A stretch of 64,000 bases of DNA from the IMG/VR virus record IMGVR_UViG_3300012211_000004, positions 742 through 64,741 of that record, one strand, 5' to 3'. Below, piece by piece: positions 47,418 to 56,291 of this stretch; positions within the stretch are counted from its first letter, which is position 1; every line of letters starts with the position of its first letter. A model generated the notes under the pieces. That model worked only from the letters and a program-made list of their open reading frames with translations. It was not told the origin of the DNA and did no database searches. The stretch comes from a virus. Its lineage: Duplodnaviria; Caudoviricetes. Both the position numbers and the translations under genes were made by a program.

Positions 47418-48344
47418 CTATGAAGCCTGCTGCTTAGGTGTCCTCTTAGAGGCTACGTAGGCTCTCATGGCCTCAACCTGCTCATCAGTGTAATCCTCTG
47501 GGATAGCCCCCTCCGTGATGTCTAGGGCCTTCTTGAGAGCCATTGCTTCCCAATTGTGTATTCTGGCATAGGTGGCTGGTGAGAGGCTGTAGAACTCTTG
47601 CAGAAGCTCTTTCATAGCGATCTGCTGTGATGTTGGTTCTGGCATCGGCTCACCTGCTAACCATAGCTTGATCGTCTCTGCTACCTTCCCATCCGGTAGA
47701 GGGATAGACACATTGTCGAGTCCCGGGCACCTGGAGCCGTCTATGGTCATCGTGTGCGACTTGTCCATCATGGCAGCAATGTCGAACTCGTACTCAGTAT
47801 CGTCTTTCTGGATAGGAGCAAGCCCAATCTTGACGGGTACCTGTTTGCCCTTCTCATTCTGCTCTAGAACGTACTCAACTTTGGTTCTGAGAGTGACTAT
47901 CACATGCATTTTGCAGTGCGTAATCGTGTATATGAGCTTAGTATGCTTGGGGCTTGCCTCTGACCAGGCTGTATAGCTATTCATCCCAGCTTTGCCGCTC
48001 TTGGCTACTTGATCTTTGTACTCGAGCAGACCACCCGGGCCATTCCAGGCATGGGTAAGACTATCGATAACGAGGACATCATAGCCTAGCCGTTCGGCCT
48101 CTTGGATCTCCCTCACGTAGTTGTCAGGATTGAACTGCTCCAATTCAGAGACATCGAACGCGGGAAACAGCTCAGCATACTTTGAAGCTGAAGCGTTCTC
48201 AGTGTCGATCACTGCTACCCTACCATTTTCACCTGCTAGCGCGTGTGCGACCGTCAAAGCTGTAAAGCTCTTGCCAGTCTTAGGGCCTCCCATGATAGCC
48301 ATTCTCAAAAATCTTTGATAATTCTTAGCTGCTTTAAATGCCAT
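47418..48344 (-). CDS. AAA_24 / Sak4-like ATPase (recombination function)
   Basis: GGPKTGKS, VIDTE, VIDSLTHAW, EYEFD. Confidence 0.85.
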   Translation of the reverse strand: MAFKAAKNYQRFLRMAIMGGPKTGKSFTALTVAHALAGENGRVAVIDTENASASKYAELFPAFDVSELEQFNPDNYVREIQEAERLGYDVLVIDSLTHAWNGPGGLLEYKDQVAKSGKAGMNSYTAWSEASPKHTKLIYTITHCKMHVIVTLRTKVEYVLEQNEKGKQVPVKIGLAPIQKDDTEYEFDIAAMMDKSHTMTIDGSRCPGLDNVSIPLPDGKVAETIKLWLAGEPMPEPTSQQIAMKELLQEFYSLSPATYARIHNWEAMALKKALDITEGAIPEDYTDEQVEAMRAYVASKRTPKQQAS

Positions 48345-48459
48345 GATAACCATTCTCACTTTCTAAAACTTATGATACAATCTCAGCGGGCTAGCTTCGA
48401 CAACTAGCCCCTATTCCATCAGGGAAGGCTTGTTCTTGCCGTCCAGGCCTTCCCCCCCA

Positions 48460-48714
48460 CTAGTACGGCTCCTGACCGTCTAGGATGAACTCGAGCCCCT
48501 TCTGGAACTCTGTCCAAGCCTCTTGACCCTGCTCATCTAAGCCATCAGGATTGATTTTGTCATTCAGGAACTCTGCCATCAGCTCATATTTTTCTTTGCT
48601 CACTTCAGGCAGGCTTTCCCATTTCCCCCTTTCGTGTGGCTGAAATCCCCTTCGAGCCGTTGACTCGTTCTCAGCGTATGCCCACCCTGCATGAATATCT
48701 TTTCCTGTCAACAT
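48460..48714 (-). CDS. Hypothetical protein
   Basis: AAAGGA RBS; WESLPE..KEKY motif. Confidence 0.6.
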   Translation of the reverse strand: MLTGKDIHAGWAYAENESTARRGFQPHERGKWESLPEVSKEKYELMAEFLNDKINPDGLDEQGQEAWTEFQKGLEFILDGQEPY

Positions 48715-48754
48715 TTGATAATTCCTTTCAAGCTACTTGAGAGGCCCTTACCTC

Positions 48755-48952
48755 TCAAGATACTTTCCCTTTTCTGGCAACACTCTTAATCCAAGATTTC
48801 TTCGTGGATGCAAACCACTGAGTACAACATCTTGGAATGTCTCTCCATTCCACTTTCGCTTGCTCTATTGCCTCTTCCGAGCAAGAGGCATCTAGAACTT
48901 TCATTCCTGCATAGAGACCTCTACCGTCTGTTGCATGAACGTAAACTTTCAT
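48755..48952 (-). CDS. Hypothetical protein
   Basis: AAAGGA RBS. Confidence 0.55.
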   Translation of the reverse strand: MKVYVHATDGRGLYAGMKVLDASCSEEAIEQAKVEWRDIPRCCTQWFASTKKSWIKSVARKGKVS

Positions 48953-48988
48953 CGTTTATCCTTTCAACTACTGAGAGGCTTTGCCCCT

Positions 48989-49357
48989 CTACGCTATTTT
49001 CAATATTGAGAAGCCGCGATTCGTTGTGAGAGGCGCATTCATGATGTCAGGCACCTCCTTTGGAGCTTCAACCGGAGCAGGCAACTCGACCACCTTCACA
49101 GCCTTAGCAGCAAGCCTAGCTTCAATTCTCGCATTCTCAATACCTTTGCAAACCTTTATGTGGTAGCAAGAGCTTTTGTGGGCAGGACAGCTACAAGAAT
49201 GATTGCCATCTCTCTTCAAGCTCACATAGTAGCGTACGCCTTTGTCATTCTCGACATACAGAACAACATTTTTCGTTGCTTTTATGAAGTACCTGACAAG
49301 GATTTTTACGGTTCGAAGCTCTTTTTTGCTGATCTCTTTAACTTGCTGTTTAGCCAT
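48989..49357 (-). CDS. SWIM zinc-finger protein
   Basis: YYVSL..CSCPA....CYHI. Confidence 0.75.
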   Translation of the reverse strand: MAKQQVKEISKKELRTVKILVRYFIKATKNVVLYVENDKGVRYYVSLKRDGNHSCSCPAHKSSCYHIKVCKGIENARIEARLAAKAVKVVELPAPVEAPKEVPDIMNAPLTTNRGFSILKIA

Positions 49358-49547
49358 TTCAGTGGTCTCCTTAGTGGTTTTCTCTGTCCTCTCGACACTC
49401 TTATAATACCACGATATAATCACGATGTCAAGCATATTTACCCCCAATTTAAGTTAATTTTCAAAATTGATAAAATCTTATTCCGCTTGGATTTAGCACT
49501 TGACATACGTGACTATAGCGTGCATACTAAAGATGAAAGGAGGATAT

Positions 49548-49841
49548 GTGGCAAAACTATATACAGCCAAGGCAAAGCAAGAGGCCCTCCGCTCCCTTGA
49601 GATTAAGCCCATAGATGGGAAGCTGACAGGAAGGGAAGCTGCTCAGGTCCTAGAATGGAGAGCGAAGCAAGAGTTCGGCATAGATCGTAAATACGATGAT
49701 GCCTCTCTTCGCAAGCATGTCCAGCATGGGAACCTGCATGCAGATCCTGATAATCGTGGAAGTCGATACTTAGTTGAGGAAATCTTCGATTTGGGGATCT
49801 ATCCAGCCAGAGGACGACCAAGAAAAGAAGCTACTGTTTGA
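49548..49841 (+). CDS. HTH (MerR/Xis-like) regulator
   Basis: LTGREAAQVL..SLRKHVQHGNL..RGRP; AGGAGG RBS. Confidence 0.7.
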   Translation: MAKLYTAKAKQEALRSLEIKPIDGKLTGREAAQVLEWRAKQEFGIDRKYDDASLRKHVQHGNLHADPDNRGSRYLVEEIFDLGIYPARGRPRKEATV

Positions 49842-49983
49842 ATGCCGTTTTTAGCCTCCCTGTAGCGTTTTTTTTGGCAGAGATGATTTGCTCATCGATG
49901 TCTCGGACGGCTAAATTTTGCTCGCTCAGAAATCGCTATATTGACCCTTCTAGGGCATATCGTAAAAACAAAGGAGAAGAGAA

Positions 49984-50238
49984 TTGACAACCCGACGGAT
50001 TGGAATGGAATGTTGTGCATGTGGGCTCATCTTCAGTGGAGAAGGTGCCTTCAAAAAGCATAGAACGGGCACATATGGCCTGGGCGTCCCTGCTAGCAAC
50101 GGCGTAACAAAATACGCAAAGCATGAAAGAAGATGCCTAACAGAGGAAGAGATAAAAGGAAAGGGTTTATCTCAGAATGAAAAAGGATTGTGGACAACAG
50201 CCACAGAAGAGACCACCGAAGAAGAACAGGAGAACTGA
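49984..50238 (+). CDS. Phage FDXHR-like zinc-binding protein
   Basis: CCACGLIFSGEGAFKKHRTG..RRCL. Confidence 0.75.
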   Translation: MTTRRIGMECCACGLIFSGEGAFKKHRTGTYGLGVPASNGVTKYAKHERRCLTEEEIKGKGLSQNEKGLWTTATEETTEEEQEN

Positions 50239-50427
50239 ATGCAAGAACTCTCAACTGAAGCAAAACAGATGCTTCACATGATTTTGAGGCGATTAACCTA
50301 TACCGAGATACGTATGCATATATTAGACGGCAAGAAGTATCTAGTTGTATGTGATGAATTGGACGCTCTACAGCGACAATTAGAGAAGGATATATTAGAA
50401 GTGGGGAAAGAAGGTAAGAGCGATTGA
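50239..50427 (+). CDS. Hypothetical protein
   Basis: AGGAG RBS. Confidence 0.55.
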   Translation: MQELSTEAKQMLHMILRRLTYTEIRMHILDGKKYLVVCDELDALQRQLEKDILEVGKEGKSD

Positions 50428-50660
50428 ATGAAGAATTGCGAGAGGCTATCGGTAGAGCAGCATATGAAGCTGCTCTAGGCGATGATATGATACTGTCATG
50501 GGCTCAGCTCACCGAAGAGGCCAAAGAGGTCAATCGAAGGTCTGCTGAGGCTGCTGTAGTTGCGGCTAATCAGTGGATGAAGCGAGACCTTGAGCAGCAA
50601 TTAGGCATACGAAACGAGAGTGCTGATGTTGTATCGATTGATGAGCAGAAAGGAAACTGA
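50424..50660 (+). CDS. Hypothetical protein
   Basis: GRAAYEA..WAQLTEEAK motif; coupled to the previous gene. Confidence 0.6.
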   Translation: MNEELREAIGRAAYEAALGDDMILSWAQLTEEAKEVNRRSAEAAVVAANQWMKRDLEQQLGIRNESADVVSIDEQKGN

Positions 50661-50837
50661 GCAAACAAAAAGCAGCTCTGGGTAGCTACTCCCTTTGCTG
50701 CTTCTCGCCCCAAGGTCCGCTGTACATCGGCCAGCCATCCGTCGACGGCTGTTCTCCCTGACAATTCCTAATTTTGGTGATGGGCTGCATTATACCAATA
50801 TCCTCAAGTCCTGGCAAGAGATACGGGCGTGTGTATC

Positions 50838-51278
50838 TTAGATTTTGCGAAGCTTCCTATTCTCCTGGCTATATATCTGTGTCCACTCTATTTGTTCCCC
50901 AAAGTGGACTACCTCGACTATATACCTGTCTAGCAACTCATCTATGATGGTGCTTGCATGGCAGGTATTAAACTTGCGACATTGACAGAGCAATATCAGA
51001 TCATATCCCTCATACAGATACGTCATGAGCCCTTTCAGACCTGTATCAATATCCGCTATTTTGATATAGCCGCTCTTGTACCCGAGATTGCCAAGGAACT
51101 TGCCAGCATAGCGATATTTCTCATTGTAGCGCGATTTGAGTGCTTCGCCTTTCCAGTAATTGTCCCAAGACCAGGGCGTGATCCTAGTGTCGATGAGCAG
51201 CGTCTTAGAGCCTTCTAGCAGCTCGTCTATACGTTCCTTAGCCCCAGGCGTCGAGTATCCAATTGGGTAGACTTTCAC
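50838..51278 (-). CDS. DUF488-family protein
   Basis: VYPIGYS..LIDTRITP..LGN..ILLCQC....CH. Confidence 0.8.
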   Translation of the reverse strand: MKVYPIGYSTPGAKERIDELLEGSKTLLIDTRITPWSWDNYWKGEALKSRYNEKYRYAGKFLGNLGYKSGYIKIADIDTGLKGLMTYLYEGYDLILLCQCRKFNTCHASTIIDELLDRYIVEVVHFGEQIEWTQIYSQENRKLRKI

Positions 51279-51550
51279 GGTGCAGCCTCCTTATCTACGA
51301 TGGTCCAATGATGGGCATGACACATGCCATCAAGAGACACATACATGCTTCCGCCATCAGAGAAACGTGCAACAAGATTGGGGGATTTCCATTCAAAAAC
51401 TTTGTCTTTTTCCTCTTCCATCTTAGCTATTTGCCCCTCATACCTATGGGGTGCCTTGCTGCTAGTAAATGGTACAAACGTACCATTTAGCATAACGCCA
51501 TCTCGAAAACGGACGGTATCTCCTGCCTTAAAAACTGGCTCTTCGTTCAT
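51275..51550 (-). CDS. Hypothetical protein
   Basis: FKAGDTVRF; ATGA coupling. Confidence 0.6.
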   Translation of the reverse strand: MNEEPVFKAGDTVRFRDGVMLNGTFVPFTSSKAPHRYEGQIAKMEEEKDKVFEWKSPNLVARFSDGGSMYVSLDGMCHAHHWTIVDKEAAP

Positions 51551-51993
51551 ACCGTCACTTCCTGAGCATTGCACTCGCAGAGCTGCAACCAGCACTTGCT
51601 GCACCGTTCCGTCTCTGGAATGTCCTCCAGAGTCACCCGCTTTAGCAGCCAGCCAGCATCGGTCTCGTAGCGGAAGCCCTGCAGCACCTCGGTCACGGCA
51701 TCCACACCATACTTGATCTTGGCACATCGTAGCCCTAGCAGCTCCCCATCGAAGATACCTACAGCAATAGGCGTGATGTCATCCCATTTTCGCCTGGGTC
51801 CCGTGAAATCGGGCAAAGGATCATTGTACAGAGGCTCCTCAAATGCTTCCTGCTTTATCCAATCCAGGCAGCTACGACATACATATCCCTTTGGCGGGAA
51901 GGCAGTCCATTCATGCCGACGCCGCCATATCTGCATGAAATTAATTTCTGATGCGGGGCTGTCCATTCTTATCCCACATGCTGCACATCTCAT
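51547..51993 (-). CDS. Zinc-binding hypothetical protein
   Basis: CAAC, CRSC, CSKC. Confidence 0.6.
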   Translation of the reverse strand: MRCAACGIRMDSPASEINFMQIWRRRHEWTAFPPKGYVCRSCLDWIKQEAFEEPLYNDPLPDFTGPRRKWDDITPIAVGIFDGELLGLRCAKIKYGVDAVTEVLQGFRYETDAGWLLKRVTLEDIPETERCSKCWLQLCECNAQEVTV

Positions 51994-52006
51994 CTCTTCA
52001 CCTTTT

Positions 52007-52210
52007 CTACTGTACTACTCCAAACGCTCTAAACGCGCTACGAACTTCTTCTTCACTATGCTGCGGAATACCCGTAACCTCAGCGTGATGCTCCACTGAG
52101 AAGTGACACCAGCAGTCTCTATCGTTGCAATATGGCTCGTCTTGGCTATGACTTGTCATCATGGCAATATCTTGTGTATCATCAGTTATGAGGACTGTCT
52201 GTTTCGACAT
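52007..52210 (-). CDS. Hypothetical protein
   Basis: PYCNDRDCWCH motif; AAGGA RBS. Confidence 0.55.
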   Translation of the reverse strand: MSKQTVLITDDTQDIAMMTSHSQDEPYCNDRDCWCHFSVEHHAEVTGIPQHSEEEVRSAFRAFGVVQ

Positions 52211-52261
52211 TGGGAGTCCTTTCCGGGCCAGCAACTATCTGGCCCTTTCTTCACATTTTAC

Positions 52262-52666
52262 CTACACAGACGCTATAGCCGCTTCAATCGCCCGACGCTC
52301 AGCAGCCTTGTCTTTCGTGTCCCGACCAGCTGCACGCAACTGGAACTTTGCCAGCGTCGCAGCTTCGATCTGAGCTTGGCTATAGTCGAAGCGAGGAAAC
52401 AGATCAAATGCGAACTCTTCAAGCTCATCATGCCGTCCCTGAGAGCTGAGGCAGACGGCATAGTACAGCACGTCTGTCAACTCTTCAGGAGCATATTCCG
52501 TCTCATGCAGCTCTTCAACCTCTGCCTGATACTTTGCTGCAAGAATATCCACATCCTGCAAATGATCCTCTCCACGCTGATGCTTCGCGATTTGAAGTGC
52601 AAGAGCAACAATCTGCTCTTGAAACTCTCTTGAGAATGAAAACATGTATTTGCCTTTCTTGTCCAT
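52262..52666 (-). CDS. MazG/PRA-PH-like nucleotide pyrophosphohydrolase
   Basis: EVEEL..EELTDVLYY acidic motif. Confidence 0.6.
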   Translation of the reverse strand: MDKKGKYMFSFSREFQEQIVALALQIAKHQRGEDHLQDVDILAAKYQAEVEELHETEYAPEELTDVLYYAVCLSSQGRHDELEEFAFDLFPRFDYSQAQIEAATLAKFQLRAAGRDTKDKAAERRAIEAAIASV

Positions 52667-52697
52667 AATTCACTAAAAAGATGCACTACTCTGTCTT

Positions 52698-52928
52698 TCA
52701 ATCATCCCACTCAGGGCCTCGATACTGCTCACGTTCAGCTCTCATTTGCACGAGTCTGTCATTGAGCCAAGAATAATCCTTCTTTGGAGCAGGACCTGGG
52801 ACATAATCCTCTTCAGTTAGGTTCTGGAGAGCTTGTTGTGTCGCAGGAGAGACACAACCATAGTGTGCTATCTCCTGGTCTTGCTGCTCTACGAGACGAT
52901 CAAAGTTACTTAGAGTGTCGTCTGACAT
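52698..52928 (-). CDS. Hypothetical protein
   Basis: AAAGGA RBS before ATG 52928. Confidence 0.55.
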   Translation of the reverse strand: MSDDTLSNFDRLVEQQDQEIAHYGCVSPATQQALQNLTEEDYVPGPAPKKDYSWLNDRLVQMRAEREQYRGPEWDD

Positions 52929-53052
52929 GATTTGTTCCTTTCTGCCCTCTACTACAATGGTAGAGATGCATTGCTTCACACTTCGCACAATATCTACAGT
53001 TACACCACCTACATATGACTTTCAGTGTGCCGCATATCGAACACTTGTACAT
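52906..53052 (-). CDS. 48-aa Cys-rich peptide MYKCSICG..CRWCNCRYCAKC
   Basis: AAAGGAGGTG RBS; below the ORF-track cutoff. Confidence 0.6.
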   Translation of the reverse strand: MYKCSICGTLKVICRWCNCRYCAKCEAMHLYHCSRGQKGTNHVRRHSK

Positions 53053-53151
53053 ATATCACCTCCTTTCATTCCTCTCTATTCAGTTATAAGGCTAAGGTCT
53101 TCCATGCCTCTAAAAGGTCCGTTTAACTTCTTTAGCCTAGAAATAGAGCTA

Positions 53152-54072
53152 TTAGCTCTTTACTGCTCTTTCTAAGCAGTGATAGAAGTACTCCATATCG
53201 CTACCATGCTTCATTGCTTCTCTTGAAGCTTGTGTCACCTTGGATTTGAATATCTCCTCGTCTTCCAGGGGACAATCTAAGTACAGTTGGGCTATCCTCT
53301 GCGTGTGCGCTTTCCTGTTCCAGTACTCACCAGCCGCTTTTAGGAGGTCCTTGACGTATGGCTCTAGGTAGAATGCTCCTATCGGTTTTTTATTTTGAGA
53401 TAAAGATGGATTGACTTCTGTATTTTTTGATAAAGTCTGTAAACTTCTGGAATCTATTGTAGGGGAGTTTGTGCTTAGTCCGCTAACAGTAACGTTAGCG
53501 TCGCTTACAACATCGTTGCCCTCGCTAACGTTACTGTTGCCCTCGCTAACGTCATTGTTAGCGTCGCTTACAGTAGGACTGTTGCCCTCGCTAACAGTAA
53601 CCTCTCTGTAGGTCCCCCATAGTACTGGCTTGTGAGCTGGTTTGTCCCATGACTCAACAAAGCGGGTATTGTCACTCCATATTCTTTCCAGGTGGATATG
53701 GAGATAGGTCTGAGTTCTGCCCTCTTTCCCTGTTGTGGGGTCTATTGGCTTCGCATCGAAGAAGGTCACATAGCCTATAGCCTGTAGTTGGTCTAGGATA
53801 CCCTCACGCGGATCTTTCCCTTCCCTGTTTCTCAACATAGTGTGTTTCACACCAGTGATAGCAGCTATTTCCCTAAGAGAGAGTTTGTATGGTCCCTCTC
53901 GCTCTTTCATCGTTTTGCCAGCTCCTAACCATGTCATTGCTATAAGTGCTGAAAGAGCCCATTTAGCCTGTATAGATATATCTGATAGTCCATAGAGAAC
54001 GATGTGGGGAATTTGCCCAAAGGTCCCGTTCTCAGCTTTCTTTCTTTCATCCATGATCCGCTCTACTACCAC
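53152..54072 (-). CDS. Replication initiator (wHTH N-terminus, internal iterons)
   Basis: FGQIPH..LSLREIAAITGV..LQAIGYV; repeats inside the gene, as in lambda O-type initiators. Confidence 0.7.
   Translation of the reverse strand: MVVERIMDERKKAENGTFGQIPHIVLYGLSDISIQAKWALSALIAMTWLGAGKTMKEREGPYKLSLREIAAITGVKHTMLRNREGKDPREGILDQLQAIGYVTFFDAKPIDPTTGKEGRTQTYLHIHLERIWSDNTRFVESWDKPAHKPVLWGTYREVTVSEGNSPTVSDANNDVSEGNSNVSEGNDVVSDANVTVSGLSTNSPTIDSRSLQTLSKNTEVNPSLSQNKKPIGAFYLEPYVKDLLKAAGEYWNRKAHTQRIAQLYLDCPLEDEEIFKSKVTQASREAMKHGSDMEYFYHCLERAVKS
53473..53595. repeat. Iteron array inside rep
   Basis: 15-mers at 53473 (degenerate), 53494, 53515, 53536, 53557, 53581: GTTGCCCTCGCTAAC x3 and GTTAGCGTCGCTTAC x2; 21-bp period; adjacent AT-rich tract at about 53385-53460. 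Confidence 0.8.
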
Positions 54073-54118
54073 TATGAGGAGGATAAGAGGGAGTCAGGAC
54101 CGTCTGACTCCCTGAATA

Positions 54119-54298
54119 CTACCAGTTACTCTGATGAAAAAATGCTACATATGCCGCTCGCTTCTCAGACTCGCTGAGGTCACAATATCGGACCTGGACC
54201 AGCTTGCCCTGGCGAATAGCATTGACGAGTTCAGTGTCAAATTGGCTGGTAGCAGTGGTCTGTGTAGAGGGTTGCATTTCTTGTGTAAGATGTGTCAT
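54119..54298 (-). CDS. 59-aa ORF in the rep leader
   Basis: MTHLTQEMQPST..AAYVAFFHQSNW; weak RBS. Confidence 0.45.
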   Translation of the reverse strand: MTHLTQEMQPSTQTTATSQFDTELVNAIRQGKLVQVRYCDLSESEKRAAYVAFFHQSNW

Positions 54299-54307
54299 AC
54301 TGTATCT

Positions 54308-54380
54308 GTCTTTCTGAACTAGGAACCCGGAGGTTCCAACTTAGGCCCTTTGCTGTATCAGAGCGAGGGGTCTTTTTTTT
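54308..54380 (+). ncRNA. Candidate antisense (copy-control) RNA
   Basis: TTGCAT-18-(TG)CATACT promoter and a GC stem with T8 terminator, opposite the rep leader. Confidence 0.45.
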
Positions 54381-54419
54381 GTTGTCTTCGAGTACTTTTG
54401 GTTGATTTTCAAAAGCCTC

Positions 54420-54472
54420 TTGACAAACATCGATTGTACAGATATACTAACACATAAGCAGTTAGTTGTCAA
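54420..54472. promoter_or_regulatory. Opposed promoters with overlapping -10 boxes
   Basis: Plus strand TTGACA(54420)-17-TATACT; minus strand TTGACA(54472)-17-TAGTAT. Confidence 0.75.
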
Positions 54473-54596
54473 GACAGTTGTTTAAAGTGAGACATCTCAC
54501 AGAAATGGAGTGATGTATAATTACTGCTAGCTGTCTAGAAGGATGTACAGACATATGATTGGACAGAATCTAATCAACTGGGAGGCCCTAGTGGCT

Positions 54597-54812
54597 ATGA
54601 CGCAACCGAGAAAAGAAGATTGCCTCTCAATCGATGACGCGGCAGCTAGCCTGAAGATGAGTAGGGGGACTCTCTACTCATACATGAACATGATTAGTGC
54701 TCAGAGATTGAGATTTTTCAAGGACAAGCGCACATATATCATGAAAGCGGATATAGAGCGCATACGTTTACTAAAAGGCGGTGAACAACAGAAAGAGAAA
54801 GAAGGTATGTAG
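54597..54812 (+). CDS. Excisionase-like HTH regulator
   Basis: LSIDDAAASLKMSRGTLYSYM; GGGAGG RBS. Confidence 0.8.
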   Translation: MTQPRKEDCLSIDDAAASLKMSRGTLYSYMNMISAQRLRFFKDKRTYIMKADIERIRLLKGGEQQKEKEGM

Positions 54813-54813
54813 G

Positions 54814-55338
54814 ATGAAGTACTGGTACATGGACGCAACAAAACGAACGCATGTTGCAGTATACAAGAACTACAAGTTGATGCAACGTGACGTTGAACGC
54901 GCTGCACAATATCGTTGGGTGCCACAAACATCGGCTGCGCAAGGTGGTCGTGGGAGTGCGCTAGCAGTACTCGGAGGCGCTGCGGTGCTAGGACCTGTTG
55001 GCATGGTTATGGGTGCTGCTCATAGAGGTAAGGGATCAATCACGATGACCTTTATTCGTGAGCAAGGGTGGCAACCTCCGACAGCAGAAGAGATGAAAGC
55101 CCTACGAGACCAGCAACTTGCACTACGTACACAGCAGTCAGAGCAAGCGATGCGGGTGCTAAAGGTGATTGGGTTGGTGCTCTACGTGATCTACATCGGC
55201 TTATGGCTGGCGGGTGTCTGGCTCGTTATCGGTGGCATCCTTGCCCTGTTCAAGCTTCCTGTGGGACACACGATGCTAGCGCAACTGCCGACTGTGCTCT
55301 ACCTGAAGAAGCAAAAGCAGCAGGAAGGGGGTGAGTGA
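54814..55338 (+). CDS. Membrane protein
   Basis: Gly-zipper helix (LGGAAVLGPVGMVMGAA) and C-terminal TM segment. Confidence 0.7.
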   Translation: MKYWYMDATKRTHVAVYKNYKLMQRDVERAAQYRWVPQTSAAQGGRGSALAVLGGAAVLGPVGMVMGAAHRGKGSITMTFIREQGWQPPTAEEMKALRDQQLALRTQQSEQAMRVLKVIGLVLYVIYIGLWLAGVWLVIGGILALFKLPVGHTMLAQLPTVLYLKKQKQQEGGE

Positions 55339-55547
55339 TGAATGATACAGAAGTAGAGCTATTAGAGATCTTGCGCAAGATGAGGTCTCTTGGCTCGTTA
55401 GGCGATGCTGAGCAAGAGTTACGTATGGCAGGATCATATCTTGCAGGAGCGGTAACAGCCCTTGCAGCAGATACGCCGTATGTAGAGTTGTCGCTCAAGA
55501 TTGTAGCGACATATGCGAGTACGTTTGAGCCAGGAGCGATAACATGA
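55335..55547 (+). CDS. Hypothetical protein
   Basis: Coupled at both ends. Confidence 0.6.
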   Translation: MMNDTEVELLEILRKMRSLGSLGDAEQELRMAGSYLAGAVTALAADTPYVELSLKIVATYASTFEPGAIT

Positions 55548-55951
55548 ATGACGCGCTAGGCAGGATTGAGAAGCTCGAAGAAGAAGTTGCCAAGCTGAAA
55601 CAGCAAGTGACTGAGCCTATGAGGGTGACTCGGATAGAGCTTGATCCGGGCGGTATCCAGAACGGGCTAGACGCTCATGCTGAGATCTTGAAAGAGCTTT
55701 CAGCAGAGCAGAAGAGCCAAGGTGAGTTGCTGCAAGTGCTCTTCAATCAGAGCGGCCAGCAGGCTACTGACATAGGTGTGCTCAAGCAAGATGTGAGCAC
55801 CTTGAAGACCGATGTTAGCACGCTCAAGCACACTGTAGCGCGTTTAGAGCAAAAGATGGATGAAGGTTTTCAGGATATGGAGAAGCGCTTCGATGCTATC
55901 GCTGAGGTGCAGAAGCTGATCCTGGAGCGTTTGCCAGAGAAAGGGGAATAG
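55544..55951 (+). CDS. Heptad coiled-coil protein
   Basis: LKQDVSTLKTDVSTLKHTVARLE repeats. Confidence 0.75.
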   Translation: MNDALGRIEKLEEEVAKLKQQVTEPMRVTRIELDPGGIQNGLDAHAEILKELSAEQKSQGELLQVLFNQSGQQATDIGVLKQDVSTLKTDVSTLKHTVARLEQKMDEGFQDMEKRFDAIAEVQKLILERLPEKGE

Positions 55952-56149
55952 ATGAACGAATTCAAGCCTGGCGACAGGGTAGTTGTCGGCCCTGGATGTC
56001 ATGATACGCAATATTGTGGGCATGTGGGCGTTGTGTTGCAGGTCATTCAACCGAATAGTGATGGGCAAGGCAACCGTGTGAGTCTTGATAGTCCAGTAAA
56101 TCATCAATGCCTGTTCTGGTTTCGCGATGACGAGCTGGTTAAACAGTAA
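55952..56149 (+). CDS. Small KOW/SH3-like protein
   Basis: FKPGDRVVV..GHVGVV..FRDDEL. Confidence 0.65.
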   Translation: MNEFKPGDRVVVGPGCHDTQYCGHVGVVLQVIQPNSDGQGNRVSLDSPVNHQCLFWFRDDELVKQ

Positions 56150-56291
56150 TTCGCAAGCTCAGCGCCCGACAGACGGCAAAATCCCGGGCGCTGGCTTTGA
56201 CCCTGAATAGACCAGGGCTAAGACGGATGATACATCAGGTCTAGCCCCGGAGACAATCTGAACGAGAGTTCGAAGGAGGCTAGGATTTTTT

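Noticed and set aside
56159-56291. c-di-GMP-I riboswitch (GGCAAA present)
   Set aside because: Lacks the GNRA loop, receptor and GCAAAG elements in the required arrangement
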